Below, one piece after another: positions 54,376 to 61,558 of a stretch of 64,000 nucleotides of DNA. The position numbers and the translations under genes were made by a program. Position 1 is the stretch's first letter; the number at the start of each line of letters is the position of its first letter. The notes beneath the pieces were generated by a model. That model had not been told where the DNA came from. It did not search any database and saw nothing but the letters and a program-made list of their open reading frames with translations. This DNA is from Terriglobia bacterium (lineage in GTDB: Bacteria; Acidobacteriota; Polarisedimenticolia; Polarisedimenticolales; JAIQFR01): the NCBI GenBank assembly GCA_963748015.1, contig CAVVHE010000008.1:96001-160000 (forward strand), given 5' to 3'.

Positions 54376-54500
54376 GGGATCCTCCGGAAACCGCGCGGGA
54401 CGGGCGCGGGCGGGCATTCTACGGAGCGCGCTCGCCGCGGCGCAACTTCCCCGAGTTTGACCGGGCGCCCACCGGGGTCTAGCTTCTGATGGAGAGAGCC

Positions 54501-55244
54501 ATGAACGCACCGCCGCGCTTTTCCGTGATCGTCCCGGCATACAACGAGGAGCGCTACCTCCCTCGCCTGCTCGACTCGGTGGACGCGGCGAGGACGGCCT
54601 ACCGCGGCGGGCGCGACGCGGTCGAGGTCATCGTCGCCGACAACGCTTCGACCGACCGAACGGCGGAGGTCGCGCGGGCGCGGGGATGCCGGGTCGTGCC
54701 CGTCGAGCGGCGCGCCATCGCCTCGGCGCGCAACGGCGGCGCGAGCGCCGCCTCGGGATCGGTGCTCGCGTTCGTGGACGCCGACACGGTGGGCATCCAC
54801 CCTCGGACGCTCGACGCGGTGGACGAGGCGCTGGCGTCCGGCCGGTACGTGGGGGGCGCCACCGGCGTCACCCTCGAGCGCTGGTCCGCCGGGCTGGCGT
54901 TGACTTTCGCGGCCATGATGCCGCTGGTTTGGCTCACCGGCATGGACACGGGGGTCGTTTTCTGCCGGCGGGACGATTTCGAGGCGGTGGGTGGCTACGA
55001 CGAGCGAAGGTACTTCGCCGAGGACGTGGCGTTCTTGACCGCCTTGAGGCGCCTCGGGAGGCCCAGGCGGCAGAAGCTCGCCCGGCTGACCCACGTCAAG
55101 GCCGTCGCCTCGGTGCGCAAGTTCGACCAGCACGGCGACTGGCACTGCTTCTGGTGGATCCCCCGCGCGTTCGTCTCGATGCTCCGCGACCCGAAGGGCA
55201 AGGACTCCGCCGTCGAGCGCTACTGGTACCGGCCGGAGCGGTAG
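54501..55244 (+). CDS. GT2 glycosyltransferase
   Basis: SVIVPAYNEE, DNASTD, ARNGG, FVDAD, AED. Confidence 0.92.
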   Translation: MNAPPRFSVIVPAYNEERYLPRLLDSVDAARTAYRGGRDAVEVIVADNASTDRTAEVARARGCRVVPVERRAIASARNGGASAASGSVLAFVDADTVGIHPRTLDAVDEALASGRYVGGATGVTLERWSAGLALTFAAMMPLVWLTGMDTGVVFCRRDDFEAVGGYDERRYFAEDVAFLTALRRLGRPRRQKLARLTHVKAVASVRKFDQHGDWHCFWWIPRAFVSMLRDPKGKDSAVERYWYRPER

Positions 55245-55257
55245 CCAACGCGCCGAG

Positions 55258-55438
55258 GTCCGCCGAGCCGGGAGGCCGGATCCGGAGGCGACCCGCGCGG
55301 CACGCTGCGGCGTTGCGCGGCGAAAGTCGCCGCGCCGCCTGGCTCCGGTTTTCGCGCGGCCGTCCAAGGAAGAGACGGCCGCGCGAAAACAGGGCCGCTT
55401 CGGGTCGCCTCCGGATCCGGCCTCCCGGCTCGGCGGAC
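55258..55438 (+). repeat. Structured intergenic element, copy E4
   Basis: 38-bp perfect inverted repeat (55258-55295 / 55401-55438); core nearly identical to E2. Confidence 0.9.
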
Positions 55439-55514
55439 GGGGCGGCGGCGGCATTCCGACTCGAGGGCTTATAATCTTCGGCTCGGCGCGAATCACTGCC
55501 GGAAAGGACAGCCG

Positions 55515-56603
55515 ATGAAGCCGGTCGAGATCTACGGGCACCTCCAGGAGCAAGTCCTGGGGCAGGAAGAGACCCTCCGCTTCGTCTCGGTGGCGATCTT
55601 CAAGCACCTCCAGGGCGAGAAGTACGGAAACCTGCTCTTGATCGGGAACTCCGGCACCGGCAAGACCACGGTCATGCGGGCCATGGAGAGGCTGTACCAG
55701 TCCCAGCCCGCGTTCGCGGAGTACCGGGTCGTCGTCATCCTCAACGCGAACACCCTGGCGAACGAGGACGGCGTCGTCGACCCGTCGCGCCTCCTCACGC
55801 GCCTCGAGGAGCGGGCCCGCCAGGTCCTGGGGGACGCGGCGTCCGCCGAGGAGATCGGGCGCTACATGGAGCGGGGGACCGTCTGTATCGACGAGATCGA
55901 CAAGATCTCCTCGATCGTCGGCGGGAGGCCCTACGTCACTGGCATCAACATCCAGCAGGCGCTCCTGACCCTGATCGAGGGAGAGCGGATGCTGCACCAC
56001 GTGACGGTCTTCCAGGGGAAGGTGCCCGAGCGTGTCGCCGTGACGGTCGACACCGGGAAGATGCTCTTCCTCTGCGCCGGCGCCTTCGAGACGCTCTACG
56101 ACCAGGTCTTCCGGCGGGTCACGTCCCCGACGAGCCGCGTCAAGCTGCCCACGGAGACGGTGTACGAGAACGGCGAGGTGCAGATCCGCGAGATCTTCGC
56201 CCTCCGCCACCACTTCAAGGCGGAGGACCTCTTCGATTACGGGATGGTGCCGCAGTTCCTCTCCCGCTTCGACAACGCGATCATTCTCGAGGACCTGAAC
56301 GGCCCTCTCCTCAAGCGGATCTTCCTCGAGCCCAAGGACAGCGTGTTCAACGCCTCGAAGAGCTTCTTCCGGAACTACAAGATCGACCTGGAGATCACGG
56401 ACGGCGCCGCCCACAAGGTCGCCGAGGAGGCCGCGCTCTCCCGCCGGATCGGCGCGCGCGCCCTGAAAGCGGTCTGGGGGCGGATCATCAAGCGGTTCGA
56501 GTTCGATCCTTTCTCGCAGCCCGAGGTGTCCAAGGAGGGGGAGAGCTACCGCCTGGTCGTGGACGACCGTGTCGTCTACCAGGGGCTCAAGCCCCTGGTC
56601 TGA
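55515..56603 (+). CDS. Divergent ClpX-like AAA+ ATPase
   Basis: GNSGTGKT, IDEIDKI, QQALLTLIEG, LFLCAGAF, GARAL; TATAAT upstream at ~55470. Confidence 0.85.
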   Translation: MKPVEIYGHLQEQVLGQEETLRFVSVAIFKHLQGEKYGNLLLIGNSGTGKTTVMRAMERLYQSQPAFAEYRVVVILNANTLANEDGVVDPSRLLTRLEERARQVLGDAASAEEIGRYMERGTVCIDEIDKISSIVGGRPYVTGINIQQALLTLIEGERMLHHVTVFQGKVPERVAVTVDTGKMLFLCAGAFETLYDQVFRRVTSPTSRVKLPTETVYENGEVQIREIFALRHHFKAEDLFDYGMVPQFLSRFDNAIILEDLNGPLLKRIFLEPKDSVFNASKSFFRNYKIDLEITDGAAHKVAEEAALSRRIGARALKAVWGRIIKRFEFDPFSQPEVSKEGESYRLVVDDRVVYQGLKPLV

Positions 56604-56691
56604 CCGATCGTCCCGGCCCCGCCCGTTCCCTTCCGCCGCCGGCTGTGGTCCAATGTTCCCCTTTCCCCTCGGCGAGGAACGGAGCCCGGGC

Positions 56692-57480
56692 ATGAGCATA
56701 CGAATCACCACGGTGGACGCGTTCACCGACCGCGCGTTCGCGGGGAACCCCGCGGCGGTCTGCGTTCTTCCCGAGCCGCGCCCCGACGCCTGGATGCAGG
56801 ACGTCGCGCGCGAGCTGAACCTCTCGGAGACCGCCTTCCTGGTCCCGCGCAGCGAGGGGTTCAGCCTGAGGTGGTTCACCCCGGCCGTCGAGGTGGATCT
56901 CTGCGGCCACGCGACCCTCGCCTCGGCGCACGTCCTGTGGGAAGGAGGGAGGCTCGCGCCGGACGCTCCCGCGCGGTTCCACACGCGAAGCGGCGTGCTG
57001 ACCGCCACGAAGCACGGCCCGCTGATCGAGATGGACTTCCCGTCGGAGCCGGCGGGGGAGTCGGAGGAGTCTCCCGACCTCGAGGGCGCGCTCGGCGTGC
57101 GTCCCTCGTACGTGGGGAGGAACCGGTTCGACGTCCTGGTCGAGTTGGATTCGGAGGAAACGGTGCGGCGCCTGAAGCCGGACTTCACGTGGCTCGCCAC
57201 GATCACGACGCGCGGCGTGATCGTCACGAGCCGCGCCGCGACGCCGGAACGGGACTTCGTCTCGAGGTTCTTCGCCCCCGCGGCCGGGATCGACGAGGAC
57301 CCGGTGACCGGCTCCTCGCACTGCTGCCTCGGCCCGTACTGGGGCGCCAAGCTCGGGAAGGACCAGCTGGTGGGATACCAGGCGTCGGCGCGCGGGGGGA
57401 CGGTCAACGTGCGCCTGGCGGGCGACCGCGTCATCCTCGGCGGCACGGCCGTCACCGTCCTCCGCGCGGAGATGATGTAA
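56692..57480 (+). CDS. PhzF family epimerase/isomerase
   Basis: VDAF, GNPAAV, SETAF, DLCGHATLA, EDPVTGS. Confidence 0.95.
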   Translation: MSIRITTVDAFTDRAFAGNPAAVCVLPEPRPDAWMQDVARELNLSETAFLVPRSEGFSLRWFTPAVEVDLCGHATLASAHVLWEGGRLAPDAPARFHTRSGVLTATKHGPLIEMDFPSEPAGESEESPDLEGALGVRPSYVGRNRFDVLVELDSEETVRRLKPDFTWLATITTRGVIVTSRAATPERDFVSRFFAPAAGIDEDPVTGSSHCCLGPYWGAKLGKDQLVGYQASARGGTVNVRLAGDRVILGGTAVTVLRAEMM

Positions 57481-57526
57481 CCTGAGTGGGCGGACGCTTA
57501 CGTCCGGTGGACTCGGGAGGAGAGAC

Positions 57527-58825
57527 GTGAGCCGTCCGTCGCACGAGGTCGTCGTCACGGGACTCGGGCCGGTCACCTCGATCGGCGCCGGAGTCGAGCC
57601 GTTCTGGGAGTCCATTCTCGCGGGACGGTCCGGCGCGCGCTCGGTCGAGTTCGACTGGATCCGGGGACGATCCTTCAAGTCGCGGGTCGGCGCGCCCGTT
57701 CCCGATCCGGACCCCGCGGCGTGCGGCCTCACCGAGCGCGAGGCGCAGCTCCTCGACCCCGTGTCGCGCTACGCGCTCGCCGCCGCGGCGATGGCGATCG
57801 AGGACGCGGGGCTCCGCACCACAGCAGTGGACGAGAAGGGGCGAGAGCTGCGCATCGAGGGGGTGGACCCCGTCCGCGCCGGCGTGCTCGTCGGGACCGG
57901 CATCGGCGGGCTCTGCACGCTCGAGAAGTCCCACCGGATCTGGGTGCGCGGCGAGCCGATCACCGGCGCGCTCCGCTATTCCCTCCCCATGTTGATTCCG
58001 AACGCGCTGCCGGCGCAGGTCGCGATCCGCTACGGTCTCCGCGGCGAGTGCAAGGCGATCGTCACGGCGTGCGCGTCGGGAACCATGGCCCTGGGCGACG
58101 CCTATCGACTGATCCGCGACGGCGAGCTCGACCTCGCCATCGCCGGCGGCGTCGAGAAGACGCTCTCCGACGTGGACGGCTACGGCCTGCTCGGCTTCGA
58201 TCTCTTGAGGACGCTCTCGACCCGGAACGACGAGCCCGAGAGGGCCTCGCGGCCGTTCGACGCCGACCGGGACGGGTTCGTGCTGGGCGAGGGGGCGGGG
58301 CTCTTGGTGCTCGAGCGGGAGGAGCGCGCGCGCGCGCGCGGCGCGAGGATCCACGCTCGCATCGCCGGCTACGCCTCGACCTGCGACGCGTACTCGATGA
58401 TGCAGATGGAGCCGAGCGGCGACATGATGGTCCGGGTGATGGAGCAGGCGATCCTCGCCGCGGCCGTTTCGAAGGAGGACGTCGGGTACGTGAACGCCCA
58501 CGGGACCTCGACGCGCCTGAACGACGTCCAGGAGGCCAGGGCGCTCCGCCGGGTCTTCGGATCGCGCGTCTACGACGTTCTCGTGAACTCGACGAAGGCG
58601 ATGACGGGGCACGGGATCGGCGCGGCGGGGGGCATCGAGGCGATCGCCACGGTCCTGAGCCTCGCCCGCGGCGTCGTCCACCGGTGCGTCAACCTGGACA
58701 ACCCCGATCCCGAGTGCGACCTCGCCCTGCCGCGGCAGAACCACTCAGTGCGGGCCGCGGTCGCGCTCTCGAACTCCTTCGCGTTCGGCGGCCACAACGC
58801 GACCCTCGTGCTGACCGCGGCCTGA
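57527..58825 (+). CDS. fabF: Beta-ketoacyl-ACP synthase II family
   Basis: TACASG, NAHGTST, GHGIGAAG, SNSFAFGGHNA (Cys-His-His triad). Confidence 0.88.
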   Translation: MSRPSHEVVVTGLGPVTSIGAGVEPFWESILAGRSGARSVEFDWIRGRSFKSRVGAPVPDPDPAACGLTEREAQLLDPVSRYALAAAAMAIEDAGLRTTAVDEKGRELRIEGVDPVRAGVLVGTGIGGLCTLEKSHRIWVRGEPITGALRYSLPMLIPNALPAQVAIRYGLRGECKAIVTACASGTMALGDAYRLIRDGELDLAIAGGVEKTLSDVDGYGLLGFDLLRTLSTRNDEPERASRPFDADRDGFVLGEGAGLLVLEREERARARGARIHARIAGYASTCDAYSMMQMEPSGDMMVRVMEQAILAAAVSKEDVGYVNAHGTSTRLNDVQEARALRRVFGSRVYDVLVNSTKAMTGHGIGAAGGIEAIATVLSLARGVVHRCVNLDNPDPECDLALPRQNHSVRAAVALSNSFAFGGHNATLVLTAA

Positions 58826-58827
58826 TC

Positions 58828-58993
58828 CTAGTGTTGTGAATCGGAAATCCCTTGGCATTCGGCCGCCGCTGCATCCCGGCCTGCTTCGTCGCTCCTCGGT
58901 CAAATACTCCCGGTATTCTCCCTCGTCGCTCCTCGCAGGCCGGGCGCATCGACGGCCTCGGTGCGTCAACGGATTTCCGATTCACAACACTAG
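58828..58993. mobile_element. MITE-like element, 166 bp, with 23-bp terminal inverted repeats ending in CTAG
   Basis: CTAGTGTTGTGAATCGGAAATCC ... GGATTTCCGATTCACAACACTAG; interior is also self-complementary. Confidence 0.75.
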
Positions 58994-59014
58994 GGCCCGG
59001 CGGGCGCAGGGTTG

Positions 59015-59062
59015 GCTTTATTACACAAAGTACTTGACGAACCCGCGGTCCCGCCCTATCCT
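59015..59062 (+). promoter_or_regulatory. Sigma70-like promoter (probably leaderless) with overlapping candidate operator
   Basis: TTGACG-N17-TATCCT, 6 nt before ATG 59069; GCTTT-N7-AAAGT dyad next to the -35. Confidence 0.6.
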
Positions 59063-59068
59063 TACCGC

Positions 59069-59684
59069 ATGAGGTCCACGGCCCCGATCGAGACGGGAAA
59101 CGACGAGCCCCCGGCGCTCCACGATAGGGCGCTCGACCACCTGCACTTCATCCGCGACACGATGGAGGGGGCCTCGCGCTTCACCGCCGTGCCGGGGCGC
59201 GGCATCGTCCTGATCGGCCTGACCGCCCTGGCCGCGGCCTGGTTCGCCTCGACCCGCGCCACCGTCGAGGGTTGGATCCTCACTTGGCTCGCGGAGGCGA
59301 TGACCGCCCTCGCCATCGGCGTCGCCACCGCGGCGATCAAGGCGCGGGCGGCGGGGGTCGCCCTGTTCAGCGCTCCCGGGCGCAAGGCGGCGCTGGCGTT
59401 CGCGCCGCCGCTGCTCGCGGGAGCGGTCCTCACCATGGCGCTTTACCGCGCCGGCCGGCCCGACCTGCTCCCGGGAGCCTGGCTTCTCCTCTACGGAACG
59501 GGGATGGTGACGGGCGGCGCGTTTTCCGTCCGCGCGGTGCCGGTGATGGGGCTCGGCTTCATGCTGGGCGGGGTCGGGCACGCTGCTGGGTCCCGCGTCG
59601 TGGGGGAGCCCGGCGATGGCCGCGGGCTTCGGGGGCCTGCACCTGCTGTTCGGCCTGCTGATCTGGAGGGAGCACGGTGGCTAG
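59069..59684 (+). CDS. Hypothetical membrane protein, frameshift at ~59578
   Basis: [13 protein letters not shown]...; hydrophobic C-terminus [19 protein letters not shown] lies in another frame. Confidence 0.75.
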
Positions 59685-60057
59685 GAATCGATCGGCCTCG
59701 CGGGCGCCGGAGACGGCCGGCCGCGCCGGCGCCCAGGGCGCGGCGCCGCCCCGGCCGAGGGACACGGCGGCGCTGGACCGCCTGATCCACGAGCGGCTCC
59801 GCCTCGGGATCGTGAGCGCCCTGGCCGTCAGCGACGCCGTGACGTTCGTCGAGCTGAAGGGTCTCCTCAAGACCACCGACGGCAACCTGAGCGTGCACGC
59901 CCGGAAGCTCGAGGAAGCCGGGTACATCGCGTGCACCAAGAAATTCGAAGGCCGGCTTCCGCGCACCGAATACCGCCTCACCGCCACGGGGCGCAAGGCG
60001 CTCGAGCGATACCTGGACCACATGGAAGCGATCATCCGCGCCACCCGCGAGCGGTGA
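59677..60057 (+). CDS. Winged-helix transcriptional regulator (HTH_34/MarR/ArsR-like)
   Basis: [40 protein letters not shown]. Confidence 0.9.
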   Translation: MARNRSASRAPETAGRAGAQGAAPPRPRDTAALDRLIHERLRLGIVSALAVSDAVTFVELKGLLKTTDGNLSVHARKLEEAGYIACTKKFEGRLPRTEYRLTATGRKALERYLDHMEAIIRATRER

Positions 60058-60089
60058 TCCGGCCCCTTTTTTTCGGGAGAGACTCTGCG

Positions 60090-60836
60090 ATGCAAAGCAC
60101 TTTGGAAGCCGCCCGCCAAGGCCTGCACGTGGCGATCATCATGGACGGGAACGGCCGGTGGGCGGCGGCCCGGGGCAAGGCCCGCACCGCGGGGCACCGG
60201 GCCGGGGCGAAGGCGGTGCGCCGGACGGTGGAGGCGGCGCCGGGCCTCGGCCTCGGCACGCTCACCCTCTACGCCTTCTCGTCCGACAACTGGAAGCGGC
60301 CGCCGGACGAGGTCTCGACCCTGATGCGGCTGTTCCGGGACTACCTCAGCGGCCAGACCGCCCGCTGCGTCGAGAAAGGGGTCGAGCTCCGGGTGATCGG
60401 GCGCCGGGACCGTCTCCCCGCCGACGTGCTGACCGCGGTGCGCACCGCCGAGGAGGCCACCGCCGGCGGTCCGGCGCTCCTTCTCCGGCTCGCGGTGGAC
60501 TACTCCGCGCGGGATGCCATCCTCGCGGCCGCGGAGCGGATGGCCCGTGCCGGTGTCCCGGTGGGCGCGGCCGGTGGGTTGCGCGAGGCGTTCGAGCGCC
60601 TGCTCGATCCCGAGCACCCGGGGGCAGGGCCGGCGCCCGAGGTGGACCTGCTGATCCGGACGGGCGGCGAGCAGCGCTTGAGCGACTTCCTGCTGTGGGA
60701 GTGCGCCTACTCCGAGCTGTACTTCACCCCGGTGATGTGGCCGGACTTCGGCACCGAGCACCTCGAGGCGGCGCTCGCCGCGTTCCGGCGGCGCGAGCGG
60801 CGCTTCGGAGGCCTCGCGAGCGTGGCGACGGGGTAA
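60090..60836 (+). CDS. uppS: cis-prenyltransferase (undecaprenyl diphosphate synthase family)
   Basis: [44 protein letters not shown]. Confidence 0.92.
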   Translation: MQSTLEAARQGLHVAIIMDGNGRWAAARGKARTAGHRAGAKAVRRTVEAAPGLGLGTLTLYAFSSDNWKRPPDEVSTLMRLFRDYLSGQTARCVEKGVELRVIGRRDRLPADVLTAVRTAEEATAGGPALLLRLAVDYSARDAILAAAERMARAGVPVGAAGGLREAFERLLDPEHPGAGPAPEVDLLIRTGGEQRLSDFLLWECAYSELYFTPVMWPDFGTEHLEAALAAFRRRERRFGGLASVATG

Positions 60837-60957
60837 CGGCGCGACTCGTCCGGATCAAGCTCATCACGGCTGCGCGGCGGGTTCGTGGGGCGCTAGGGCT
60901 CCCGCCCGGCGCGTAGTCTCGGCAGTGCGGACCGCATGGAAGCAACGGAGGCTCGAG

Positions 60958-61530
60958 GTGACGCGGACCAAGCTCGTTCTCAAGCACTGGCCGCCCATCG
61001 CGGCCGTGACGACGATCCTGTGCCTTCTGGTCTATGCGACCGCGCAGCAGGCGCTCCGCAACGCGGCGGACGACCCTCAGATCCAGCTGGCCGAGGACGC
61101 GGCCGGCGCGCTGGGGCGCGACGCGGCGGCCGCCTCGGTGGTTCCGCCGGTCCGGGTCGACATCGCGACGAGCCTCGCTCCATTCGTGATCGTGCTGGAC
61201 GACAAGGGCGGGGTCGTCGCGACCTCCGGCCTCCTGCACGGGAGAGCGCCGGCCATCCCGCCGGGGGTACTCGCCTTCGCCAAGGCGCACGGCGAGCACC
61301 GGGTTACCCTGCAACCCGAGCGAGGCGTCCGGATCGCGAGCGTCGTGCTCGCCCACGGCGGTGCGACGCCCGGCTTCGTCGTCGCCGGCCGCTCGCTGCG
61401 CGAGACCGAGAGGCGGGTCGCGCAACTCGTCACGTTCGTGACGGCGGCCTGGCTTGTGGCGCTCGCGATCTCGCTGATCCTGGCGGCCGGCGGAGAGGTG
61501 CTGTTGCCCGAACGAGCGCGCGGCGACTAG
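60958..61530 (+). CDS. Hypothetical two-TM protein with a sensor-like extracytoplasmic domain
   Basis: GGAGG before GTG; two TM segments; VVAGRSL motif. Confidence 0.65.
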   Translation: MTRTKLVLKHWPPIAAVTTILCLLVYATAQQALRNAADDPQIQLAEDAAGALGRDAAAASVVPPVRVDIATSLAPFVIVLDDKGGVVATSGLLHGRAPAIPPGVLAFAKAHGEHRVTLQPERGVRIASVVLAHGGATPGFVVAGRSLRETERRVAQLVTFVTAAWLVALAISLILAAGGEVLLPERARGD

Positions 61531-61558
61531 GCCAACGCGGACCGGTGCGCGACGTCCT

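Noticed and set aside
57527..58825. Secondary-metabolite cluster (PhzF + ketosynthase + GT2)
   Set aside because: No ACP, chain-length factor or other phz genes; the ketosynthase looks like a stand-alone FabF paralogue.
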